From IMG/VR virus record IMGVR_UViG_3300030372_002415, positions 1 to 27,805 of that record: a stretch of 27,805 nucleotides of DNA; one strand, given 5' to 3'. Shown here one piece after another: positions 15,289 to 23,559 of this stretch. The position numbers were made by a program, and so were the translations under genes. The DNA comes from a virus. Taxonomy: Duplodnaviria; Caudoviricetes. The notes under the pieces are model-generated. The model did not search any database and had not been told where the DNA came from. It was given only the letters and a program-made list of their open reading frames with translations. The first letter of the stretch is position 1; every line of letters begins with the position of its first letter.

Positions 15289-17276
15289 ACAAACGCCCCT
15301 TCATCAGTCTTTGCCGCAATGTCACCAGTGTTTCTGGCAATCTTTTCTAGGTTGTCGGAATCCTTCTTGGCTCCGCCTGCATCCACTTTGATTGTACCCA
15401 AAACAGATTGCAAGTTGCCCAGGGTACTGGCTGCCTGTGCCTTGTCTTCCTCAGCCACGTCTGGCAGCGCAGACAATATGCTGGCCCGCAGTCTGTCAGC
15501 ATCAATGGCACCTTCCAGCTGGCCTGTGCCCAACAACGCTTCAGCCAACTTCAATTCAGACAGCCTGTTTTCAATCTCTTGCAGGTCTGTCAGTTTGAAC
15601 CCATCTTCAATGGTCTGGGCAATGACATCTGCACCAACCCCAGCCGCACCCAACACGTTTTTGATTTCATCGGATGTGGCCATGATGTTTTTCTGAACCC
15701 CTGCCAGGTCTGGGAACATTTCAGCCAACGTGGGCTTGATATTGGTTTCAACCTCAGTGGAAACTGTGGCCAGCTCTTCATTGATGGTTTCTGCCATCTC
15801 TTCTGCTGCACTCTTGGTTTCATCAAACACACCACGGATTTCATCAAAGGTGGACCGCACACCCGATGCGTCAAACAATCCACCAATGGCATCAGCATCT
15901 GAAACAACCTGATCCGCAAATGAATCACGCATGTCTGCCAGGAATGATGCTGCCCCCCGCATATCAGCCGCTGTTTCATCAAACCCCAGAACCTCAGACG
16001 CGGCCGCTGCCAGCTCAATCAACTCCACCAGGCCAGCTGAAATGGCTGTGAGTACTGAACCCAGCACAATCCGAATGCCCAGGAATCCAGCCCTGAAGCC
16101 ATCAATCACATGTGAACCAGCAACCGCCACAGCTTCCAGCACATCAATCAGCCCCATGAACGCTGCCCGTCCATCTTCTTTGGTCATGCCAAATTCATCC
16201 CCCACATTCTGGACCAGCCCTGCAAGCGCCCGCAGCCCTTCAGAGAATGCCCCCAGGAATCCAATGGATGCTTCCCCAAACGCTTCACCCACGTTGTTCC
16301 TGACAGCCTCAAACGCTGAAACAACTTCCAGCCCCGCACCCGTCACACCTGACATGAGAGTGTCAGCCATTTCCTGTGCCGCACCCCCACTGTTCTTGTA
16401 GGTCTGTTCCAGCTCTTCAGCCCTGGCTGTGTTGTTTGCCAGGGCAATGGCCGCTGTACCTGCCCGCGCTCCCAATGAATCCATGGCCGCAGTCACCGCC
16501 CGCACACCTTCTGAATCCAACTTTTTCAATGCTGGCAACAGGCCACCTGATCGGATGATGTCTGGCCCCATCTTGACCAGAGCTTGCCGCAAACCTGTAC
16601 CGGCCAATGAACCCTTCAGGCCAGCATCAGACAACACAGACAATGCTGCCGCTGTTTCCTCAATGCTCAGGCCCATTGCGCTGGCAACTGGTCCAACAAA
16701 CTTGAACCCTTCACCCATTTCCTGAACGCTGGTGTTTGAACTGGCAGCTGCCTTGGCCAGCACATCGGTCACTTTGGTGGCCTCTGTTGCATTCATCCCA
16801 AACCCACGCAAGACCGATGCCGTGATGTCAGCCGCATCAGCCAATTCCAGGGCACCAGCCGCTGCCAGGTTCAACACGGAACCCATGGCCGCTTGAATCT
16901 CTGTGGCATTGAAACCAGCTTGCCCCAGGAAACCCATACCTTCAGCCGCTTGTTTGGCTGAAAACGCTGTGGTGGCACCCAACTGTTTGGCCTGTTCCGT
17001 CAATGCCAGGAATTCAGCGCCCGTGGCACCAGTCACAGCCTGAACCCGCAACATGCCTGATTCAAACTCTGCAAATGATTTCACAGATAGGCCAATGGCT
17101 GTGCCAACCGCAGCCACACCAGCCGCACCAACCGCCAAACCTTTGGCCACACCAGCCCCAACGCTGCTTGCTGTACGCCGGAACTTTGACAACGCACTTT
17201 CTGATCGTTTCAGGCCACGCCGGAACCCCTGGGTGTTGGCTCCTATTGCAATGTTCAATGCTTTGACGGTTGCCAT
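15285..17276 (-). CDS. Tail tape measure protein, TP901 family
   Basis: FESGMLRVQAVTGAT..LGATTAFSA..LGQAGF..SNTSVQEMGE..AGLKGSLAGT; Ala/Gly-rich. Confidence 0.95.
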   Translation of the reverse strand: MATVKALNIAIGANTQGFRRGLKRSESALSKFRRTASSVGAGVAKGLAVGAAGVAAVGTAIGLSVKSFAEFESGMLRVQAVTGATGAEFLALTEQAKQLGATTAFSAKQAAEGMGFLGQAGFNATEIQAAMGSVLNLAAAGALELADAADITASVLRGFGMNATEATKVTDVLAKAAASSNTSVQEMGEGFKFVGPVASAMGLSIEETAAALSVLSDAGLKGSLAGTGLRQALVKMGPDIIRSGGLLPALKKLDSEGVRAVTAAMDSLGARAGTAAIALANNTARAEELEQTYKNSGGAAQEMADTLMSGVTGAGLEVVSAFEAVRNNVGEAFGEASIGFLGAFSEGLRALAGLVQNVGDEFGMTKEDGRAAFMGLIDVLEAVAVAGSHVIDGFRAGFLGIRIVLGSVLTAISAGLVELIELAAAASEVLGFDETAADMRGAASFLADMRDSFADQVVSDADAIGGLFDASGVRSTFDEIRGVFDETKSAAEEMAETINEELATVSTEVETNIKPTLAEMFPDLAGVQKNIMATSDEIKNVLGAAGVGADVIAQTIEDGFKLTDLQEIENRLSELKLAEALLGTGQLEGAIDADRLRASILSALPDVAEEDKAQAASTLGNLQSVLGTIKVDAGGAKKDSDNLEKIARNTGDIAAKTDEGAFV

Positions 17277-17597
17277 TTAGCCTTCCTTGGGTTTGGACAT
17301 GCGGGCCAGAAAACCTAGCTTCGCCTTCATCTGTTCGGATGTTCTGGCTTTCCCGTCAGCACCCTGATGGAATGGCATGAAATCCCCAGGCTTGAATGAC
17401 CGTGCCCCCTTTTTTTTGTGGGCATTGGCAAACAACGCAGACTGAATGGCCTGGTTGATGTCATCACGTTCTGGCCCAATAGGGCTAATTCTGTCATACG
17501 CCAACCAGGCTGACAGCTCCCGACTGGTCATTTCACGCTTTAGCTGCCCGACTGTCAAACCCAATGCAAGCGCTAACCGGAACAGAAACCGGCTCAT
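17277..17597 (-). CDS. Tail assembly chaperone, T portion (probably expressed as a G-T frameshift fusion)
   Basis: LALALGLTVGQL..MTSREL..W.AY..PIGPERDD; lies in the -1 frame of the upstream gene. Confidence 0.85.
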   Translation of the reverse strand: MSRFLFRLALALGLTVGQLKREMTSRELSAWLAYDRISPIGPERDDINQAIQSALFANAHKKKGARSFKPGDFMPFHQGADGKARTSEQMKAKLGFLARMSKPKEG

Positions 17598-17968
17598 TGG
17601 TCGGGCGCGGATTCCCCCTCTAGCTCATCAATGTCCTGGCTGGTAAACCCGTTCAGTCTGGCCGCTACCGTGAACACCCGATCAACCGCCGCAGCGGATT
17701 TGGCACCCAACGCCGCAGCGTCACCCCGTTCAAACAACGCTTGGCCATTCTCATCACACCCAACCAGGCAAACCAATCTGGCCCGCAGGTTGGACATGTT
17801 TTTGGAACGCTTGCCAACGCCCGCAACTTCAGCTTCAAACTGGTCACGTTCTCCGGCTGTCATCACCCGAACGTACATGCCGCCATTCCATTCTGGTACG
17901 TCCACCCGCTCGAGGCGCAGGTCATCTGATCCCAGAATGTCATCCCTTGACAACAAAACATCTGCCAT
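17594..17968 (-). CDS. Tail assembly chaperone, G portion
   Basis: LSRDDIL..VDVPEW.G..YVRVMTAGERDQFE; between tail tube and tape measure. Confidence 0.9.
   Translation of the reverse strand: MADVLLSRDDILGSDDLRLERVDVPEWNGGMYVRVMTAGERDQFEAEVAGVGKRSKNMSNLRARLVCLVGCDENGQALFERGDAAALGAKSAAAVDRVFTVAARLNGFTSQDIDELEGESAPDQ
17612..17618 (-). promoter_or_regulatory. Putative -1 ribosomal frameshift site GGGGGAA
   Basis: GAG GGG GAA near the end of G; the -1 frame opens just upstream and runs into T. Confidence 0.7.
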
Positions 17969-17998
17969 GTGTCAGCCCTCCTTTTGGCTGTTTAGGTT

Positions 17999-18418
17999 TT
18001 ATCCGGTAGTGTGGTCAACAGCGCCGGTGATCTTGAATGCAATGGTGGCACGGTTGACTTCATCAATGGCTTGGCTGTGGCTCATGGAACGCACAAACGC
18101 CGTGAATGTGTAGGTATCGGAATCACTGAATGTGATGACAACTGCACGGGATGTGCCAGCTGTGAAATCATCCCACATTGCACCTTGGGCTGTGTCATCA
18201 TGGTCAAACTGAACTTCCACGGAAACTTCACCAGCATCACCAAACCCAGCTGCAAAGGTTCTGAATTTGACTCCAACACTGTCCACTGTTTGGCCGGTGC
18301 CCAGGTTGGTGGTGTCAACCATGGCACGTTCCATGTTGGGGCCGTCAATGGACAAAACCTGCCCAATGTTGTTGCTGTTCCAACTGATGGTTGCGCCTTG
18401 TCCCAAAAATGCTGCCAT
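17999..18418 (-). CDS. Tail tube protein
   Basis: IGQVLSIDGP..VDTT..GFGDAGEVS..FTAFV..FKITG. Confidence 0.85.
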   Translation of the reverse strand: MAAFLGQGATISWNSNNIGQVLSIDGPNMERAMVDTTNLGTGQTVDSVGVKFRTFAAGFGDAGEVSVEVQFDHDDTAQGAMWDDFTAGTSRAVVITFSDSDTYTFTAFVRSMSHSQAIDEVNRATIAFKITGAVDHTTG

Positions 18419-18422
18419 GAAT

Positions 18423-18872
18423 CTATCCCGTTGCGTTTGCTCTATATGAAATCAGGAATGACAACATCCTGATGTAGGAACCTTGCCTGCCCCCATCAAC
18501 TGGGGCCGCATAATCTGTTCGGTCATTGGTATGGGTACACCCCAGGATTTCAACGTTGATGAGGCCACCGACATTGATGTATATGCTGCCCCTGAACCCT
18601 GACAACGCCTTGCGCACCTCTTCACCCAGGTCTGATGCTGCCAGGAATGTGTCTGCCATGCACAAAAAATCCATGTCCAGGCTAATCAATCGGCTGCCAC
18701 CGGACAGGTCACTGTATGGTCTGCTGCTTGAAATGTCATAGGTGATGGCTGGCAGGGCCAATTCCTGATCCAAAACCAGCGGGCTGATTCTGGTGGCCAC
18801 AATGCTGCTGATGTCTGAATCCTCAGATAGCTTTTTGTATATGGCGCGTTCCAATGGGCTGTTGGTACTCAT
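18423..18872 (-). CDS. Tail terminator (DUF3168-like)
   Basis: LERAIYKKL..VATRISP..LPAITY..VRKALSGFRG; synteny. Confidence 0.8.
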   Translation of the reverse strand: MSTNSPLERAIYKKLSEDSDISSIVATRISPLVLDQELALPAITYDISSSRPYSDLSGGSRLISLDMDFLCMADTFLAASDLGEEVRKALSGFRGSIYINVGGLINVEILGCTHTNDRTDYAAPVDGGRQGSYIRMLSFLISYRANATG

Positions 18873-19420
18873 TTCACACCTGCCTGTTTTGCCAGCCGCT
18901 TGATCCGGTTTTTGATTCTACGCTGGAACTCTTTGGATATGTCTGGCAGGAGCTTGGGCAAATGTCTATCAGCCGCCCTGGTCAGATAGAACTGCCCTGG
19001 TACTGCTGGAATTCTCACCCGATATGTGGTGCCATTCCTGCCAACAATCTTGGCTGTGAACGCCCGCCGCCCAAACTCAATGATGTGTGCCAGGTTCCTT
19101 CTGACATTCGGGCCTGTTCCGCCACCACGCAAACCAACACCAACACGGCCCATGAATGCATTGCCAGCTTTGGCACTTTTCAATGTGATTTGGATTTGTC
19201 TCTTTGTATGTCCACCGTCAACAGCCACAGTTGATTGTGCGGTTGATTGCATATCCTTCAGAGACTCACGCACCGCCAACCTTGCAATCCGCCTGGCATC
19301 TTTCTCACCCAACAGTTTGATGGCCCGTTTCAATTCACGGTCACCAATCAATTTGACATCCACCCCAAACGCGCTGGAAAACTTCCCGCCCGCTCCTCTG
19401 GATTGACCGATGAACGCCAC
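18869..19420 (-). CDS. HK97 gp10-like tail completion protein
   Basis: Basic protein; LAHIIEFG..PGQFYLTRAAD; synteny. Confidence 0.8.
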   Translation of the reverse strand: MAFIGQSRGAGGKFSSAFGVDVKLIGDRELKRAIKLLGEKDARRIARLAVRESLKDMQSTAQSTVAVDGGHTKRQIQITLKSAKAGNAFMGRVGVGLRGGGTGPNVRRNLAHIIEFGRRAFTAKIVGRNGTTYRVRIPAVPGQFYLTRAADRHLPKLLPDISKEFQRRIKNRIKRLAKQAGVK

Positions 19421-19422
19421 GC

Positions 19423-19740
19423 TTACACCATCTCCCTGGCCAGGATTTCCAGCTGTTCATCCTTTTCCAGCCTGTTCAAAACCTGGACCACCTCAAAATT
19501 CCTGCTGCTGTAAACCAGCCTACTTGTGGTGCTGATTTGGCTGGCATACCTGGTGGTGATTTTGTGGGTGATCCTGCCTTTGGTCTGGTTGGCGTTCTGT
19601 AGCTCCTCACCACGGCTGGGTTCAATTCTGGCCCACAGGGTCACCGCCGTTGAATAACTGGCTGTACGCCCGCCAACGCCGTCTGTGGTCATGGTTGGAT
19701 TCTGCACCTGAACCCTGTGCCGCATGGGGCCAATCCGCAT
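19423..19740 (-). CDS. Head closure protein (SPP1 gp16-like)
   Basis: MRIGPMRHRVQVQ..DGVGG..WARIEP..THKITTRY. Confidence 0.9.
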   Translation of the reverse strand: MRIGPMRHRVQVQNPTMTTDGVGGRTASYSTAVTLWARIEPSRGEELQNANQTKGRITHKITTRYASQISTTSRLVYSSRNFEVVQVLNRLEKDEQLEILAREMV

Positions 19741-20339
19741 CAGTACGCCTTCCCAACCTCAAACTGGTGGCACAGGTTTTTCACGCCCAATGGCACTTCA
19801 GCAAACGTGTTTCCCCTGGGGTCAACTGCTTCACGGTGTTCATAGTAGTGGGCCACCAGCATCAGCACAGCCTGTTTCAATCCCTCTGGCACATCAGACG
19901 CGCTGGCCCCGTAGCCTGCAACAGCCACCACGGTCACCACATTTGGTTGGTCATAGGTGCTTGGCCACTCCTGGCCTGACTTCAGAAAAATCCTGCCAGG
20001 GTCACGGATGGTGCCAACCCCATAAACACTGGTGGCCAATGTTTGGCTGGCCCCGTCATCATCGGTGTAGGTAATGGATGTCACAGAAACCAATGGGGCA
20101 ATTGGGAAGAAAATAGAATCCTGGTGGGGGAACTGGTCCACCTGATAGGTCCAACTGGCATTTATCATCTGCCGGTTGGTCAAATGTTCAACCACGTTGG
20201 TGGCCCTGGTCACCAGGCTGGCAATCAGGGTATCTTCATCGGAATGGTCAATCCGCAACCAGGCTTTGGCATCGGACGTTGCAACCACCGCTGCCGATGG
20301 TGCCGTGGTTTGTTTCAGCCCAAAATAGTGTGGATCCAT
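19740..20339 (-). CDS. Head-tail connector (HK97 gp6 / SPP1 gp15-like)
   Basis: AKAWLRIDHSDEDTLI..AGYG..VPEGLKQAVLMLVAHYYEHRE; start moved to ATG 20339, downstream of the terminator. Confidence 0.9.
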   Translation of the reverse strand: MDPHYFGLKQTTAPSAAVVATSDAKAWLRIDHSDEDTLIASLVTRATNVVEHLTNRQMINASWTYQVDQFPHQDSIFFPIAPLVSVTSITYTDDDGASQTLATSVYGVGTIRDPGRIFLKSGQEWPSTYDQPNVVTVVAVAGYGASASDVPEGLKQAVLMLVAHYYEHREAVDPRGNTFAEVPLGVKNLCHQFEVGKAY

Positions 20340-20372
20340 GCTGCCCCTTTTAGGAATCATTCGGAATAGAAC

Positions 20373-20399
20373 AAAAATAGGGCACCCCGTAGGGTGCCC
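20373..20399 (-). terminator. Intrinsic terminator after the major capsid gene
   Basis: GGGCACCC-TACG-GGGTGCCC followed by TATTTTT (cUACGg loop). Confidence 0.85.
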
Positions 20400-20432
20400 C
20401 ATGTGTTCAAAATGTCAATCCTACAATCAGGA

Positions 20433-21626
20433 TCAGCCCAAGGTAATGACCTTACAGGCAGCAGTGTTCAACAACTCACCGTCATTGAACGCAATGCCAC
20501 GGACACCAACTTGGCCATTGGCCGCGTAAAGCTCATCCAAACGGGTGAACTCAAAGCCACCAAAATCCACAATTTGATAATAGCTGGTATCACCAAACAG
20601 GATTGGCTTCTTACCAGTGGTCATAGCGTCCACGTTGTCAGACTCATAGACCGGTTTGCCCAACAGGGTGTCAGGAGCCGCACCCAAACCTGGGGTCCAC
20701 AGGTAATTCAATGAACCGCTGGTGGTCACTGGGTTTTTCAGCTGGCGGATTGCCTTGGCTGCTTCTGGGGAAACAATCCAGTTGGCGGTTGGTGCCATGC
20801 GGTAATCCACAGCCACGCTGTAGAACAGGTCAATAATTTCATCACCCGTCACAGCGGTAGCGCTGGCAGCGGTCACACCAGACGTTGCATTGTCAAAAAT
20901 GCCCCGTGGTGCATTGCTGTTGTCACCAGTCAAGAATGCTGCCAATTCAGCACTGGCAAATGAACGTGCAAAGCTGGATGCAATGTACGCTTCCAACTGG
21001 GCAGCGCTGAACGTGCCGGTGTAATTCAACAGCTCTTCAGAAACCTTCATGATCCGGCCCAAACGGACAGGGTTCATGGTGACTTGGCCAAAGCTGTGGT
21101 CAGACTCGGAGATGGATGCAGCTTCAGCCCCGTATGCCGCTGAACCAATGCTGGATTCAGTTGCAAATGCGGTTTTTTGGCTGACTTGGGTGACCGTGCC
21201 GATTTGCCGCATGAAGTTGGCTTCCTCACGCAACTGGCTGATTTGTTGGCTGACCTGGGTGGTTGCAAGGTTGCCACCAGCACCGGCTGAACCAATAGAC
21301 AATGCCCGCTTTTCAACAGCGTTCATTGGCTCACCACACAACAATTTGTTGAACGCCGTGCGGTATTCTTCTGATTCAGTGGTGATTTCACCACGGTGTT
21401 CAGCTTCTTCAGTTTTCAGAACAACATCAGCCATTTCGGCTTCACGCTGGGCGGTTTGCTCTTCAAGCTTGATGCGGCTCTCAATGGAACGCACTTCGGA
21501 TTCCATGCCTTCAAATGATTCCATTTGATCTGCTGACAATGCGGATGCGTCTTTGTTGGCATCCAGAATTTCACGCTGCTTTGCAATCAGGGCAGCGCGC
21601 TTTTCCTTCAGGGAATTGATGTTCAC
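20433..21626 (-). CDS. Major capsid protein, HK97 family
   Basis: Coiled-coil delta domain, EKRALS..GG.L, VSEELL, P.GI, LLGKPV..ILFGD; GTG start. Confidence 0.95.
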   Translation of the reverse strand: MNINSLKEKRAALIAKQREILDANKDASALSADQMESFEGMESEVRSIESRIKLEEQTAQREAEMADVVLKTEEAEHRGEITTESEEYRTAFNKLLCGEPMNAVEKRALSIGSAGAGGNLATTQVSQQISQLREEANFMRQIGTVTQVSQKTAFATESSIGSAAYGAEAASISESDHSFGQVTMNPVRLGRIMKVSEELLNYTGTFSAAQLEAYIASSFARSFASAELAAFLTGDNSNAPRGIFDNATSGVTAASATAVTGDEIIDLFYSVAVDYRMAPTANWIVSPEAAKAIRQLKNPVTTSGSLNYLWTPGLGAAPDTLLGKPVYESDNVDAMTTGKKPILFGDTSYYQIVDFGGFEFTRLDELYAANGQVGVRGIAFNDGELLNTAACKVITLG

Positions 21627-21653
21627 GGTATTTTTCCTTTTGAAACGTGAATC

Positions 21654-21800
21654 AAAAAACAGGTTTCAGCGCACCACCATCAACAGACAATGGCACCTGT
21701 AGCGTTGGGAACCGGATGGCCAGTTGGCCCCACTGCCCGTTGGCAGATTCCCAAAACAGAAAAGGCTGAATCAGGTTGCCCCAACCCAGCCCAGGAGGGT
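21654..21800 (-). promoter_or_regulatory. Structured intergenic leader between protease and capsid genes
   Basis: GCAA-loop hairpin with U-tract, a three-way junction, and a third stem with U-tract. Confidence 0.55.
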
Positions 21801-21807
21801 TGTTGTT

Positions 21808-23559
21808 TTATTCGGCAACCCCATCAGAAATCCGCAGATAGAGCCGCAACATTTCAGGTTTGGGCGTATCCCGCCGCATTGCTTCACGCTTCAAACCACG
21901 CACAGCCACGGTTGTATCCTCATAGGCTGGGAAGCTGACCACAGAAACGTCAAACAAATCCAGGTCACGGATTTCCCGAACCGTCTTGCCGTCACGCTCT
22001 TCCCAGTTGTCATCCTTCACAACAAAGCCAAATGACATGGCATCCAGGTCACCACGCCGGATTGATTCCAAAGTGTCCTGGCCAACGGTTGTGTTGGGGA
22101 TGTCAATTTCTGTGCGCAGCCCGTGTTCATCTTGGGACAAACGCAGGGTGCCGGATTTAGTACGGCCCAAAATCATCTTGGGGTCATGGTCCACCAGCGC
22201 CCGTACGTCATGCTGTTCATTGATTGCCCTGGTGAATGCACCTGGCTTGATGTATTCCACAAAATCACCCAGGTCACGGCTCTCTGAATCAAACACGCTG
22301 GCATAGCCAACAATGGTGTCAGCTGTGTCACCTGATTCCAGTTTTACTTCCTGGTGGGCACGCCGTTCCAACTTCTCTGCTGGGGCTGATCGGCTGTAGC
22401 CGCCACCGCCACCAGTCACAGACTCATATGCCGCATGGGTGGAACATGGCATGAACACGGTTTCCCCGTCAACCTCCATTGTGTGGGTGCCGTCACACCC
22501 CAGGGCATCAGCCCGTGCCATTGCTTCATCCTCAGTGGTGTATTGATCCACACCAACACGTTCCCTTTTTTCATCACTCATCCGTTCATCCTTACTTGAT
22601 TCTGGGTGCCCGCTGGGCAACAAATCCTGGTCATGCTTGCCCCGTCTGAATTTCAGATTGGCCAGGGCATACAGAAATGAATTCACCCGCGCATATGCCC
22701 ACGCCTCTGCATTGGGGATGCTTGGGCGCACTGAACTGGGCTGGGTTTTGTATGCCCCAACACCACGTTCAAACACCTTTTCCAACATAGACATGGTGGC
22801 CCGCTTCCTGGCATCCTCACCATGTTCATCATTGTGTTCTTCCAGCTTGCGTTCCAATGCAACCTTCACGTTGCCGGTCACCTGCCGCTGTTCTTCTGAT
22901 CCGTCACCCAGGTCTGCCACCAGGTCCAAATCCACCACAGGCACACCCACTTGCCTATCTGTTTCAATCAGGTCATCATTCATTTCCACAAACACTGTGA
23001 TTATTGCTACTGGCCCAACATCATCAGTGTCCATGGATTCTGCACCAAACTCAGCCATGCCGGATGTCACAACCTCATCCACCACGCCGGTGTAAATGCC
23101 TTTTTCAGCCCGCCACCTGACAAACAAACCTGGTTCAACATCCGCTAGGTCAGCCCGTGTTTCACGCCGTTCCTTCAGCTGATCCAATACGGCTTTCATT
23201 CTGGATTCACCCAGCACACCAACCGTGCCCCATTTCACCTGGGCAACAATGCCAGCAACATTGGACAGGTTTGGCCCCAGGTCAGCATCTTGGAATTGTT
23301 TGCCATCTTCAAAATGCCTAGCGCTCCAGGCTTCACGCTCTTTGATCCACGCCAACACGGCTGGGGAACTCACACCACGTTCAGCCCGCTTCCAAATTTC
23401 AAACGCTTCATTCCCACGGATGTTGCCACCAGCGCCCCAGATATCTGGGTGGTTCCGTTTCAAATCCCTTGCATAACTGTGGTCAAACACATCAAACCTG
23501 GAATTGCCCAGGCTGATTGGTTCATCATCACCGGATTGGGGGAAATCTGTTGCCATCAA
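21808..23559 (-). CDS. HK97-family prohead protease with a ~390-aa multi-domain N-terminal extension
   Basis: C-terminal IVGYASVFDS..GAF..ALVDHD..LGRT..GL..MSFGF..DVSVVSFPAYEDT. Confidence 0.92.
   Translation of the reverse strand: MMATDFPQSGDDEPISLGNSRFDVFDHSYARDLKRNHPDIWGAGGNIRGNEAFEIWKRAERGVSSPAVLAWIKEREAWSARHFEDGKQFQDADLGPNLSNVAGIVAQVKWGTVGVLGESRMKAVLDQLKERRETRADLADVEPGLFVRWRAEKGIYTGVVDEVVTSGMAEFGAESMDTDDVGPVAIITVFVEMNDDLIETDRQVGVPVVDLDLVADLGDGSEEQRQVTGNVKVALERKLEEHNDEHGEDARKRATMSMLEKVFERGVGAYKTQPSSVRPSIPNAEAWAYARVNSFLYALANLKFRRGKHDQDLLPSGHPESSKDERMSDEKRERVGVDQYTTEDEAMARADALGCDGTHTMEVDGETVFMPCSTHAAYESVTGGGGGYSRSAPAEKLERRAHQEVKLESGDTADTIVGYASVFDSESRDLGDFVEYIKPGAFTRAINEQHDVRALVDHDPKMILGRTKSGTLRLSQDEHGLRTEIDIPNTTVGQDTLESIRRGDLDAMSFGFVVKDDNWEERDGKTVREIRDLDLFDVSVVSFPAYEDTTVAVRGLKREAMRRDTPKPEMLRLYLRISDGVAE

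Noticed and set aside
1171-20399. Shared GGGTGCC/GGCACCC arms in the hairpins at 1171-1192 and 20380-20399
   Set aside because: Short GC-rich stems with UNCG loops are generic stable hairpins; the match is too short to call a repeat family.
20340-20402. Longer start for the head-tail connector
   Set aside because: It runs through the capsid terminator; ATG 20339 has a purine-rich RBS.
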